Shown: positions 54,920 through 64,000 of the stretch, piece after piece | How positions within the stretch are numbered: the first letter of the stretch is position 1 | Layout of the letters: each line of letters starts with the position of its first letter | Assembly: GCA_030633305.1 (NCBI GenBank) | Contig: DAOVTB010000002.1 | Coordinates: 107 to 64,106, forward strand | Direction of reading: 5' to 3' | Length of the DNA stretch: 64,000 nucleotides | From: Candidatus Muiribacteriota bacterium | Lineage (GTDB): Bacteria; Muiribacteriota; DAOVTB01 | Made by a program: the position numbers and the translations under genes | Notes under the pieces: generated by a model | What the model was told of the DNA's origin: nothing | Seen by the model: the letters and a program-made list of their open reading frames with translations, nothing else | Database searches by the model: none

Positions 54920-56743
54920 ATGAATAAAACTATTGATTATGCCGCAATAAACAGATCTGATGTAGTAATTGAAAACACTTGGAAAACTGAAGATATCTAT
55001 AAAAACATTGATTCCTGGAATGCTGAAAAAAAAGAAGCTGAGGAAATGCTGGAAAAAGCCAAAGAATTACATCATGGCTGGACAGATAATCCTGAAAAAA
55101 TGTTCAATCTATTAAAGACATATGATGAGATAAGGATGAAATTATCCAGGCTCTATATTTATTCAAGTCTTAATAATGATTCTGATATGAACGAACCAGA
55201 ATATACCGCAATGCAAGGTGAAATACATCATCTGTTTGTTGAACTCGGAAGTCAGGGATCTTTCATGAAACCAGAGATGTTAGAACTTGGTGAAAAAAAA
55301 CTTGAAGAATACACTAAACTTGAATCCGGATTAAAAGATTACGAAATTAAATTTGATACAATATTCAGACTACAGAAACACGTTCTTTCAAAAGAAGCAG
55401 AAAACATTCTTTCAATGACTGGAATGTTCGCAGATGGTGTAAATAAAGCTGCAGAAATCCTCAATGACATGGAACTGCCACCGGAAAAGTTGACTCTTTC
55501 AGATGGAAGTCAGGTCCAGCTAAACAGCATCAATTATACACGACATAGATATAGTAATGTGTGTGAAGACAGACGGAATGTAATGTCTACATTCTGGAAT
55601 AATCATGCAAAATTCAGAAATACACTCGCAGCACTCCTTGATAGTGCTGTAAAATATGACTTTTTCAATATGAAATCAAGATCCTACAATTCATGTCTGG
55701 AAGCAGAATTGTCACCTCGAAAAATTAATACTAACGTTTATACAAATCTCATAAAGACTGTAAGAAATAACCTTGATCCTCTGCATAAATTCCTTAAGAT
55801 CAAACAGAATTTACTAGATATAGAAACTTTAACATATTCAGATCTTTATGCATCAAGTGTTCCTGAAATAGAAAAAGAATATTCCATTGAAAAAGCAAAA
55901 AATATGGTTATTGAATCCATGGGAATACTTGGAACGGATTATACCGACATTCTAAAGCTGGGTTTTGAAAATAGATGGATGGATGTTTATCCAAATAAAG
56001 GAAAACGAACCGGAGCATATTCAAATGGTGCCGCCTGGGGAGTTCATCCTTATGTGATGATGAATTTTAATAATACTTTTCACTCGGTAATGACACTTGC
56101 TCATGAATTTGGCCATGCTCTGCATTCCTGGTTTTCAAGCCGAAATAATCCATATCCAAAAACGAGATATCCTATTTTTCTTGCAGAAATTGCAAGTACT
56201 TTTAATGAAATGGTCCTGATAAATAATGTGATTAAACATGAAGAAGACCCAAATCTAAAGCTCTATCTCCTGGATCAGGAACTGGAGAGTTTCAGGACTA
56301 CGCTTGTCAGACAGACACTTTTTGCTGAATTCGAACTTGCCATGCATTCCCACGTTGAACAAGGGAAAACACTGACTCCAGATTGGCTTGATGAAACTTA
56401 TCTTGAACTTACCAGATTTTACTATGGACACGATAAAGGAGTTGTTCACGTTGATGACTACATAAAAAATGAATGGAGCCTTATTCCTCATTTTTATTAC
56501 AATTTTTACGTTTATCAATATGCTACAGGGCTTTCAGCAGCAAGTAGTCTCGCTTTTAAAGTATTGAACGGAGGAGAAAAAGAAAAGGATCTGTATTTTG
56601 AATTTTTAAAAAGCGGAGGACGTGATTATCCTTTGAATATTCTCAAAAAAGCTACAATTGATCTTGAAAGTCCAGAACCAATACTTGATGCTATGAAATT
56701 GATGGATTCATTAACTATACAGATGGAAAAATTTACGTCCTAG
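54920..56743 (+). CDS. pepF: oligoendopeptidase F (M3B family)
   Basis: HEFGHALH zinc motif. 607 aa. M3B architecture. Confidence 0.9.
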   Translation: MNKTIDYAAINRSDVVIENTWKTEDIYKNIDSWNAEKKEAEEMLEKAKELHHGWTDNPEKMFNLLKTYDEIRMKLSRLYIYSSLNNDSDMNEPEYTAMQGEIHHLFVELGSQGSFMKPEMLELGEKKLEEYTKLESGLKDYEIKFDTIFRLQKHVLSKEAENILSMTGMFADGVNKAAEILNDMELPPEKLTLSDGSQVQLNSINYTRHRYSNVCEDRRNVMSTFWNNHAKFRNTLAALLDSAVKYDFFNMKSRSYNSCLEAELSPRKINTNVYTNLIKTVRNNLDPLHKFLKIKQNLLDIETLTYSDLYASSVPEIEKEYSIEKAKNMVIESMGILGTDYTDILKLGFENRWMDVYPNKGKRTGAYSNGAAWGVHPYVMMNFNNTFHSVMTLAHEFGHALHSWFSSRNNPYPKTRYPIFLAEIASTFNEMVLINNVIKHEEDPNLKLYLLDQELESFRTTLVRQTLFAEFELAMHSHVEQGKTLTPDWLDETYLELTRFYYGHDKGVVHVDDYIKNEWSLIPHFYYNFYVYQYATGLSAASSLAFKVLNGGEKEKDLYFEFLKSGGRDYPLNILKKATIDLESPEPILDAMKLMDSLTIQMEKFTS

Positions 56744-56775
56744 ACACATTCTCATAACATTTGTGATTTTAAAAT

Positions 56776-56804
56776 TTGTCAAAAATAGACTAAATTGGTA
56801 AAAT
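56776..56804 (+). promoter_or_regulatory. sigma70-like promoter candidate (TTGTCA - 17 nt - TAAAAT) upstream of the PilT-family gene
   Basis: Sequence match only. The -35 and -10 are separated by 17 nt, about 35 nt upstream of the start codon. Confidence 0.35.
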
Positions 56805-56840
56805 TAAGAATATTAAACAAAAGGTAATTTTCTATTAATT

Positions 56841-58475
56841 ATGCAAAATGACATATCAAAATTTAATAATATTAATGACCTGTTGATAAACGGTGTAAGA
56901 TATAAAGCTACGGAGTTTATGATCAAAACCGATACACCCATTATATACAAAATCAATGATCAATTCATAACCATGGAAGAAGATACATACTCTTCTGCAG
57001 AAATTCAGAATTTATGCTGGGAGATTATGAATCCTCGCCAACAGGACAAGTTTTTTACAACTAAAAAAGCCGAATTCAAGCATAAAATACCTGAATATGG
57101 CGAGTTTCAATTAACACTTTCTAAAGATGGAAGGATTTTTAAAGTTTTAATTACATATACTCCTTCTGTAGCTCAAGTTCCAATGCCGCAGGTAGAAGTT
57201 CAAGCTCCAACAGTTAACGTCCAACCAGACAAAACTGGAGTGCAATATCAGCCTCAAGCCAGTGACCAAAGACCAGTAGAAAACAACCTTTCTCAGGTCA
57301 ACCAGAATCAGATAGAACAGAGTGTTGATATCGTTGATATTTATAAACAAAAGACATTTAAGCATGCAGAATCACAGTATCCTTTTACTGTCAATCAGAT
57401 TTTAGAGGATGCTTTTAGACAAAACGCCTCGGATATTCATTTAGGCGCTGGGAATCGACCAAAATTCAGGATCGATGGAGAACTTTTAGATACCAAATAT
57501 TCAGTAATGAATGGAAATAATACTCAAGAATTCATTTACCAGACCATGAATAAAAAACAGATTCATTTTTTTGAAAATGAAATGGAATGTGATTTTTCCT
57601 TTGAACTTCCAGGAAAATGCCGTTTCCGGGCAAATGTATTTTTTGAGAGAGGTCATGTGGGCGCGGTGTACAGGATCATCCCGAGAAAAATCCTGACTCT
57701 TGAGGAACTTCAGTTACCTCCTATTTTTAAGACTATTACCCAGAAAAAAAGAGGTCTGGTTTTAGTTACCGGACCTACCGGTTCAGGAAAATCAACCACT
57801 CTGGCGGCAATGATCGATTATATAAACAAAAACCGCACAGAACATATTATTACCATCGAGGACCCGATAGAATTCATGCATAAATCACAGAAATCAAAAA
57901 TAACTCACCGGGAAGTCGGCTCAGATACCAAGTCTTTTGCCGAAGCATTAAAAAGAGCTATGAGACAGGATCCTGATATTATTCTCGTGGGTGAAATGCG
58001 TGATTTAGAAACTATTTCACTTGCAATAACTGCAGCTGAAACCGGACATCTGGTATTTGGAACCTTGCACACTTCATCAGCGCCGAAAACAATCAACCGT
58101 ATCATTGACGTTTTTCCAAGTGATGAACAATCTCAGATTCGTGCTACCCTGTCTGAAAGTCTATTCGCAGTCATTGCTCAACGGTTACTCCCTTTGAAAC
58201 ACGGTAAAGGAAGGGTTGCAGTCCATGAGGTTATGATAAATATTTTGGCGATTGCCAACCTTATCCGGGAAGAAAAAGTATTTCAGATACCTTCTATAAT
58301 GGTAACCTCGAAAAGATATGGAATGTGTACCAATGATCAAAAATTACACGAACTTGTAAAACAGGATATTATAAGTGAACAAGTAGCTTTATTGAATGCC
58401 GAAGATCCCTTATATTTGAAAGGAAAATTACGCGCAGATACATTTGATTCCCCAACGTCTGAAAATTCGAAGTAA
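56841..58475 (+). CDS. pilT: PilT-family type IV pilus retraction ATPase with an extra N-terminal domain and a low-complexity linker
   Basis: Walker A GPTGSGKSTTLAAMIDYIN. Asp box, Walker B, His box. PilT N-terminal domain motif (QNASDIHL) at about residue 195. It is preceded by a degenerate second copy (residues 1-110) and a P/Q/V-rich linker. Confidence 0.8.
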   Translation: MQNDISKFNNINDLLINGVRYKATEFMIKTDTPIIYKINDQFITMEEDTYSSAEIQNLCWEIMNPRQQDKFFTTKKAEFKHKIPEYGEFQLTLSKDGRIFKVLITYTPSVAQVPMPQVEVQAPTVNVQPDKTGVQYQPQASDQRPVENNLSQVNQNQIEQSVDIVDIYKQKTFKHAESQYPFTVNQILEDAFRQNASDIHLGAGNRPKFRIDGELLDTKYSVMNGNNTQEFIYQTMNKKQIHFFENEMECDFSFELPGKCRFRANVFFERGHVGAVYRIIPRKILTLEELQLPPIFKTITQKKRGLVLVTGPTGSGKSTTLAAMIDYINKNRTEHIITIEDPIEFMHKSQKSKITHREVGSDTKSFAEALKRAMRQDPDIILVGEMRDLETISLAITAAETGHLVFGTLHTSSAPKTINRIIDVFPSDEQSQIRATLSESLFAVIAQRLLPLKHGKGRVAVHEVMINILAIANLIREEKVFQIPSIMVTSKRYGMCTNDQKLHELVKQDIISEQVALLNAEDPLYLKGKLRADTFDSPTSENSK

Positions 58476-58494
58476 ATTTTTGCACACGTTTGTT

Positions 58495-59112
58495 TTAGAT
58501 ATTTCTTACTACCATTAGAACTTTTCCCAGGTATTCAACCTGTATATCTTCATCTTCATGGATAACAATGGGTTCATATTTTGGATTATCAGCCTTTAAA
58601 ATAACTACGGGCCCCATTTTGTAAAATCTTTTCAGCGTAGCATCCTCATTTCCAACCAGAAAAACTCCTATTTCTCCATTATCACATGTCTGATCCCTAG
58701 AAATTATTACCATGTCTCCGTCTTCTATATGGGCATTTATCATACTGTCACCCTTGACTTTCAGACCGTAGACTTTTTTTCCCTTTACCTGATGTGCAGG
58801 AACATATACCTCTCCTATTACATCCTGAACAGCTTCAATAGGAATCCCAGCCGGAACTACGCCTAAAACTGGTATTTTTGTTACTTCTTCATAGATCATT
58901 GGATCAGCAGTAGAATGTTCATTCATAAAATAGCCTGGTGAAACATCCAATGCAGTTGTAATTTTTTTCATTGTCTCAATTCTGGGATTTTTGACCTTCC
59001 CATTTACGTATTTATTAATCAGTGTTACAGGTACACCCATGATTTCAGCCAGTTTAGTCTGTGAAATATGTTTTTCCTTCAGAATTTTTTTTAATTTTTG
59101 CGAAAAGACCAT
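58495..59112 (-). CDS. LexA-like / CI-type repressor: XRE-family HTH plus S24 peptidase domain
   Basis: HTH ISQTKLAEIMGVPVTLINKYVNG. S24 catalytic Ser in KVKGDSM and Lys in ATLKRF. The ORF track starts at a TTG (59139). The ATG at 59112 with RBS AAAGGGG is the more likely start. Confidence 0.8.
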   Translation of the reverse strand: MVFSQKLKKILKEKHISQTKLAEIMGVPVTLINKYVNGKVKNPRIETMKKITTALDVSPGYFMNEHSTADPMIYEEVTKIPVLGVVPAGIPIEAVQDVIGEVYVPAHQVKGKKVYGLKVKGDSMINAHIEDGDMVIISRDQTCDNGEIGVFLVGNEDATLKRFYKMGPVVILKADNPKYEPIVIHEDEDIQVEYLGKVLMVVRNI

Positions 59113-59147
59113 ATTTATACCCCTTTTATACTGATTCAAGTTATTTT

Positions 59148-59159
59148 ACCAATATTGGT
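59148..59159. promoter_or_regulatory. perfect 12-bp palindrome ACCAATATTGGT flanked by TCAAGTT direct repeats, upstream of the LexA-like repressor gene. Candidate operator.
   Basis: Reads gattcaagttattttACCAATATTGGTtcaagttgtaaatc, 36-47 nt upstream of the ATG at 59112. Confidence 0.4.
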
Positions 59160-59213
59160 TCAAGTTGTAAATCATTATTGGTTCTTTTTTGCAGCAAAAA
59201 GAAATTTTTGGCC

Positions 59214-59708
59214 TCAGGCCAACGGTGCAACAGGACACGCAATGTTACAATACTTTATAACTTCCATCATATTAACTTCACCAATTATGTATTTTTGTTT
59301 ATCAACAACAGGAAGTTCAGCAATATGATTCTGAATCATTAACTCAATAACTTCAGTTATACAGGTTTCCATTGAAACGGAAATCGGATCAAGATTCATT
59401 ATTTCATATGGTGTTTCTGCAAGAAGTTTTTCATACATCGTAATTGGACTGGTCATCGTAGGTATGTCAAAGACAACATCAGGAAACAGATACTCAGCTA
59501 TGTTTATCAACCTGATAGATCCACTAAGCTCATTATTTTCATTAGTCATGTATACATGACGAGTAATTGGATTTTCTGAAATCTTGAAAAATAGTTCCTC
59601 CATATTACAATTTTCATCAATTATAGATGGTTCATCAACAATCAGATGATAAATATCTTTTACGAAAAGTTTCTTAAAATTTATTGTTTTCATTTTATCC
59701 TCATCCAT
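59214..59708 (-). CDS. CBS-domain pair protein
   Basis: Two CBS motifs. 164 aa. Confidence 0.7.
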   Translation of the reverse strand: MDEDKMKTINFKKLFVKDIYHLIVDEPSIIDENCNMEELFFKISENPITRHVYMTNENNELSGSIRLINIAEYLFPDVVFDIPTMTSPITMYEKLLAETPYEIMNLDPISVSMETCITEVIELMIQNHIAELPVVDKQKYIIGEVNMMEVIKYCNIACPVAPLA

Positions 59709-59710
59709 TT

Positions 59711-59953
59711 TTAATTGCCGCTGTCAAGAAAGTAGGCTATCAAAAACGGCAGCCCCATTGCCCCAATCCCAATAAGAATCATAGGAATGGGCTCTGTTAC
59801 AATATATGAATAGCACATCAGGATAATTCCAGCGACAAGTGCCCCAGGATTCCCCTGTTTTTTACCAAACATGAAATAACCCATTCCAATCATTCCAAAG
59901 AAAAAAGCAAGACCCAAATAAACTGGATCCATAAATCCACTCATTCCACTCAT
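59711..59953 (-). CDS. small membrane protein, hypothetical
   Basis: 80 aa. Two TM helices with Gly-rich packing motifs. Confidence 0.4.
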   Translation of the reverse strand: MSGMSGFMDPVYLGLAFFFGMIGMGYFMFGKKQGNPGALVAGIILMCYSYIVTEPIPMILIGIGAMGLPFLIAYFLDSGN

Positions 59954-60002
59954 ACTTGACTCCTTAATTTCAAACTTTTTTATATTTCAAAATAATTACT
60001 AA

Positions 60003-61265
60003 TTATTTTATTTCATTCGCTTTCTTTAAAGCATAATGGGTCAAAATAGGCCCAATAATTTCAAAAAATATACATGTAACCGTAACACTGGTTAAAACAA
60101 CAGAGCCTATAAGATCACCTGCTGTAATTGTTTTCCCATCTATTACTGATTCAATCTTCCCAATTCCTTTAAATTCATGACTCACTATCAGGGATAATCC
60201 AATTGCAACACCTGCCTGAGATAGAATTCCAAATCCAATATATTTTTTTATGTTTTCTGAAGCATTGCCAATCCAGGCTCCTAACCTTGATCCTAAAATC
60301 AAACCAGCAGATCGTGATAAAACATAAACTATTCCTAGTGCGCCAAGTGAAGAGGCAGCGCCAATATGAAGATTACTTCCAGCTAAAGTAAAAAAAAGTA
60401 TAAACAGGACTTGCATGACAATCGGTAAGGTAGTTTTAATCCTTATCACAGTCTTATGGTTTCCACTATTGATCACAAAAAATCCAAAAATCATATTTGT
60501 AAGAATAAGTGAAAGATGGAAATGGACCGATATTCCCGTTGCCAGAAGCACAAATGCAAAGACATGTATTAAAGTATCTGTTGCATTATTTAGACCTCTT
60601 GAGAGTAAGGTGAATATTAGAGCAATAACTATCCCAACAAGTAAGCTTAAGATGACTTCAATAGTAGGAGTTATCATACTCGCAAGGATTGAACTACTCC
60701 CATTTCCAGCTTCAGAAAGCAAGATACTTCTAGCAAGTGCTGCGCTGAAACCAAATATAATAATACATAATCCATCATCAAAACCTACAACTGCATAAAG
60801 GGCTTTTGTAAGTGGTCCTTTCGCTCTGTATTGTTGAATCACAGCTACAGTTCCAGCCGGAGCACTAGCCGGAGCTATGCCAGCAAATATTAAAGCCATT
60901 GGGAGATTATCAGTAATCCACCAGCAACTAAAAAAAACAAGAAAAAAGGCTCCAAAAGATTCTGCTAATATAATGAATATAATTGCACTTCCCTGTTTTT
61001 TTAAATCCTTTAAATCAAGTTCAAGCCCAATACTTAAAGCAACAAAACCAAGTGCTAGTTCAGTAAGAAATCCCAATTTTAATTGAATCTCATGATCAAC
61101 CAGATTTACAAGTGACGGACCAAGGATTACACCCAGAAGCATAAATCCAATTATTTGAGGTAGTTTTATCTTATTGATCAGTTTCCCGAAATAAAAACCT
61201 GCTACAAGAATAATTCCTACGATTTCCATTGATATAAGATGTTTAGTAAGCGATAATTCATGCAT
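60003..61265 (-). CDS. cation:proton antiporter (Na_H_Exchanger / CPA family)
   Basis: About 12 TM helices. Typical CPA composition. 420 aa. Confidence 0.8.
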   Translation of the reverse strand: MHELSLTKHLISMEIVGIILVAGFYFGKLINKIKLPQIIGFMLLGVILGPSLVNLVDHEIQLKLGFLTELALGFVALSIGLELDLKDLKKQGSAIIFIILAESFGAFFLVFFSCWWITDNLPMALIFAGIAPASAPAGTVAVIQQYRAKGPLTKALYAVVGFDDGLCIIIFGFSAALARSILLSEAGNGSSSILASMITPTIEVILSLLVGIVIALIFTLLSRGLNNATDTLIHVFAFVLLATGISVHFHLSLILTNMIFGFFVINSGNHKTVIRIKTTLPIVMQVLFILFFTLAGSNLHIGAASSLGALGIVYVLSRSAGLILGSRLGAWIGNASENIKKYIGFGILSQAGVAIGLSLIVSHEFKGIGKIESVIDGKTITAGDLIGSVVLTSVTVTCIFFEIIGPILTHYALKKANEIK

Positions 61266-61278
61266 TATATAGCCACCT

Positions 61279-62064
61279 TCATTCTGCTACGATACTTGAA
61301 ATCAAGATGGGAACGGCTTGAAATTCAAGTATTCCTTTGTTGACCAAATCATTTAAACTATTACAAAGTGATTTCAATTCTTGATGAGGTATATTTGCAA
61401 TGATCATCATACAGAAAGTTTCCCCTTTATTGTTCCAGAAAGAAGAATATAGCGGCATGGAGTATAAATAATTATCTGCTATATTACAATTCAGTGTTAT
61501 AGTCTGATTTACAGAAACAGCAGTAACCAGTTCCAAAACATCTGTCAATGCAGTATGATCATATACTACCGTTTGAAACTGTACGTTCCTTGCACCTTCA
61601 TAATCAGTGGAAGTATCTGAATCAGATACCATATTCATCAATTCATCAACTGATTTAACTGTTGAAAGTTTTTTCGCAACCCCTTCCTGTCTGATAAGCA
61701 AGGCAATTGAAGAAAGATATTTGATGTGTTCATGATTTTTATTTTCTGGTGCAATAATAAAGAAAAACACACTGCATCCTTTTCCATCAAATGCTTCAAA
61801 TTCAATTTCTGAACTAGTAATAATGATACCTATTATGAATTTTGAAATCCCAGGTAATTTGCAATGAGGTATGGCAACGCCCTCACTCATTCCAGTAGAC
61901 ATCATTTCTTCTCTTTTGAGTAATTCGGAAAAAACTAAATCTTTTGAAATCGATAATTCAGTAAAATGTTCTGACGATATTTCAGCAATTTTTTCAAGAA
62001 CCTCAACTTTTGACCCGACATTAACACCAACTTTTAACAAATCTTTATTAAATCTAATAGACAT
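61279..62064 (-). CDS. PTS EIIA(Ntr/fructose-type) domain protein with a C-terminal extension of about 110 aa of unknown function
   Basis: N-terminal approximately 150 aa PTS_EIIA_2-like with GVAIPHCK phosphorylation-site His. The C-terminal half is unrecognised. Confidence 0.6.
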   Translation of the reverse strand: MSIRFNKDLLKVGVNVGSKVEVLEKIAEISSEHFTELSISKDLVFSELLKREEMMSTGMSEGVAIPHCKLPGISKFIIGIIITSSEIEFEAFDGKGCSVFFFIIAPENKNHEHIKYLSSIALLIRQEGVAKKLSTVKSVDELMNMVSDSDTSTDYEGARNVQFQTVVYDHTALTDVLELVTAVSVNQTITLNCNIADNYLYSMPLYSSFWNNKGETFCMMIIANIPHQELKSLCNSLNDLVNKGILEFQAVPILISSIVAE

Positions 62065-62177
62065 AAAAATCTCCTAATTCAAAACTATATAAAGTTTAGC
62101 AGATCAAAATTAATACTAAATTAACTGAAAATTAATTTTTGTTAATGTTATGATTTTAGCAGAGAGATTAATTAGAT

Positions 62178-63578
62178 TTAGATAACTTCAGGTTGAATAA
62201 GTGGAAAAACACAGGTAAAAGTTGTTCCTTTACCAATATCACTTTTGATAACAATACGACCTTTATGTATTTTTATTATCCAGTCTACAATAGCAAGTCC
62301 AAGACCAACGCCTCCAGAAGTTCTGGATCTGGATCGATCAGTTCTATAAAATCTTTCAAATATTTTAATATGTTCAGACGGATCAATTCCAATACCTGTA
62401 TCAGAAATTTTAAATACACCTGACTCTTCTTCAGTATACATGAAAATCTCTATTGAACCATTTTCCGGGGTATACTTCACTGCATTTTCTATTAGATTAG
62501 AAAAAAGTCTTTGCATAAGCAAAGGAACACATTGAAGACTTACATTTTCTATTTCACAAAACTGAAATTTAATTTTCTTTGGAAGATTTGAAATTGCATT
62601 CTCACATTCTTCCAATAATATTTCATCTAGACTTCTATTTGTGAATATATAAGGTATATTTCCAGAATCGATACTGGAAAGAAAAAATAATGAATTTATT
62701 ATTGATTCCATCTGTTTTACTAATGCCGATAATTTAATCAATGTAGTTTCATATTCCTCTGTAGTTCGAGGCGCTCTCAAAGCAATTTCTATATCCCCAC
62801 GCATTGCTGTCAAAGGCGTTTTCAATTCATGAGATGCATCTCCAGAAAACCTCTGGTATTGCTCAAATGAGACTTCAAGCCTTTCAATCATTTCATTTAA
62901 AACAGTGATCAAATTCGTAAATTCAACAGATCTATATGGAATAATAAGTCTTTTTGAAAGATCACTAGCAGTTATATTCTTTACATTTTCAGTAATTTCC
63001 CAGACAATTTTCAAATTTTTATCAATAAATATATAACCTAGAATAGTAAAAAAAAGTATTAGTACCGGGCCTGTAAAAAGTAGAGTAATAGTGTGTTTAT
63101 TTAATGAAAGTTCGTAATGTTTCATTGGTGTTGCAATTTGTATTTTGCAACTTGACTCACCTTTTCTTTTCATGTATATGGTGTATAATCTTAGATTGTT
63201 ACCCTGAAGCGAACTGATTGTTTCAAATCTCGCGTTTTTTTCAACTTGATGATTTTCTGGAAAAACAATATTCCCTTTTGTATCTGAGCTTATTTTATAA
63301 CTCTTATTTTGATCTAATATGGAAACCTGAATCAGTGTAAGAAGATTTTTTCCAGTTTCAATTGTTTCCTCATCAATAATTTTCTTCCAAACAACTATAT
63401 CATATTTCTTCTGGCTAAGATCAAACATCAAATCCCGACCAATAACCTCCAAATTAGAATCAATATTTTTTCTGATATCATTTTCTATTTCATTATAATA
63501 AAAAAGTCCAAATGCAATAAAAATAGTAGTGGTTGAGAAAAGATAAAATAGAATTAGCTTTAATCTAAATGAACTCAT
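62178..63578 (-). CDS. sensor histidine kinase
   Basis: Two TM helices flanking a periplasmic domain. HisKA (SHELKTPLTAM). HATPase_c (GGVGLGLAIV). 466 aa. Confidence 0.85.
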   Translation of the reverse strand: MSSFRLKLILFYLFSTTTIFIAFGLFYYNEIENDIRKNIDSNLEVIGRDLMFDLSQKKYDIVVWKKIIDEETIETGKNLLTLIQVSILDQNKSYKISSDTKGNIVFPENHQVEKNARFETISSLQGNNLRLYTIYMKRKGESSCKIQIATPMKHYELSLNKHTITLLFTGPVLILFFTILGYIFIDKNLKIVWEITENVKNITASDLSKRLIIPYRSVEFTNLITVLNEMIERLEVSFEQYQRFSGDASHELKTPLTAMRGDIEIALRAPRTTEEYETTLIKLSALVKQMESIINSLFFLSSIDSGNIPYIFTNRSLDEILLEECENAISNLPKKIKFQFCEIENVSLQCVPLLMQRLFSNLIENAVKYTPENGSIEIFMYTEEESGVFKISDTGIGIDPSEHIKIFERFYRTDRSRSRTSGGVGLGLAIVDWIIKIHKGRIVIKSDIGKGTTFTCVFPLIQPEVI

Positions 63579-64000
63579 TAGACATCATCCATAATATATC
63601 CTGAACCTCTTATAGTTCGGATGTAATTATCATCTTTTCCAGGATTTATTTTTTTTCGTAAACGATGAATATAGACATCAATAATATTAGTATCAGGATA
63701 GCTGTCAATCTCCCATACATCTTGAAGAATCAGGGCGTGTGACAAAACTCTACCCTTGTTTCTTATCAAAAATTCAAGCAATCTAAATTCTTTAGAAGTA
63801 AGTTCAGTACTTTTTCCATTTACCGATACTTTGTGGCGATACATATCAAGTTCAATAGCACCAACTTTTAATATTTCGTTTTGAAGTTTTTGCTGATTTC
63901 TTCTCAAAATTGCTCTAATTCGTGCAAGCAGTTCTTCAAATGCAAAAGGTTTTGAAATATAATCATCTGCACCGGCATTAAATCCTTGAAGTCTGCTATC
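63578..64000 (-). CDS. OmpR-family response regulator. Partial: the N-terminal REC domain runs off the window end.
   Basis: Winged-helix domain. The open frame continues to position 64000 (…ADDYISKPFAFEELLARIRAILRRNQQ…). 4-bp overlap with the downstream kinase. Confidence 0.8.
   Translation of the reverse strand, partial: DSRLQGFNAGADDYISKPFAFEELLARIRAILRRNQQKLQNEILKVGAIELDMYRHKVSVNGKSTELTSKEFRLLEFLIRNKGRVLSHALILQDVWEIDSYPDTNIIDVYIHRLRKKINPGKDDNYIRTIRGSGYIMDDV

Noticed and set aside
1-64000. Searched for CRISPR arrays, tRNA/rRNA genes, transposase/integrase/phage genes, restriction-modification or toxin-antitoxin pairs
   Set aside because: No regularly spaced direct repeats with unique spacers. 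No tRNA-like cloverleaf or T-loop-bearing GC-rich segments. No recognisable transposase, integrase, methyltransferase-endonuclease or toxin-antitoxin signatures. The repeats present are structured intergenic elements, not CRISPRs.

Overview
The window is a 64 kb, AT-rich (about one-third GC), densely coding stretch of bacterial chromosome. No rRNA, tRNA, CRISPR array, transposase, integrase or phage structural gene is visible. About 58 protein genes can be supported.

A partial SLH-domain outer-membrane protein sits at the left edge, and many secreted TPR, HEAT and vWA proteins follow. Together these suggest a diderm, probably anaerobic and uncultivated, lineage. Any taxonomic placement is low-confidence.

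Recognisable housekeeping genes:
- Cell envelope and sugar metabolism: rfbA, a class A PBP, a phosphogluco/phosphomannomutase.
- Cofactor, redox and tRNA modification: trxB, glmS, pdxJ, tsaB/tsaE, gmk.
- Other metabolism: a three-subunit molybdenum hydroxylase (xanthine dehydrogenase family).
- Peptidases and repair: pepF, an M29 aminopeptidase, a NUDIX hydrolase.
- Motility: a PilT-family ATPase.

Signalling genes:
- Two OmpR-type two-component pairs, one cut by the window edge.
- An orphan sigma54-dependent response regulator.
- A Ser/Thr kinase with HEAT repeats.
- An XRE-HTH/S24 LexA-like repressor.

Non-coding space is dominated by a modular family of structured intergenic repeats, which I label R1-R4:
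- R1: a GGGGTCA...TGACCCC-framed element with a variable internal hairpin.
- R2: a MITE-like element with terminal inverted repeats.
- R3: a small nested element.
- R4: GC-rich GGACAGGC...GCCTGTCCCTACA hairpins.
- TTCATG / CCTTTGTG micro-repeats.

R1, a TTCATG/T-rich spacer and R2 co-occur as composite units of about 300-470 bp at least three times, plus one rearranged copy.

The most system-like, poorly explained gene groupings are:
- A translationally coupled TPR / HEAT / FlgM-like / beta-barrel OMP operon, followed by a TPR-TPR / B12-radical-SAM operon.
- A metallo-beta-lactamase-fold/STAS fusion coupled to the orphan sigma54 regulator.
- A histidine kinase / response regulator / vWA / VIT-vWA block, divergent from the Ser/Thr kinase-HEAT gene.
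- An accessory patch (37-42 kb) of DUF-type secreted proteins.
- An autoregulatory-looking palindrome upstream of the LexA-like repressor.
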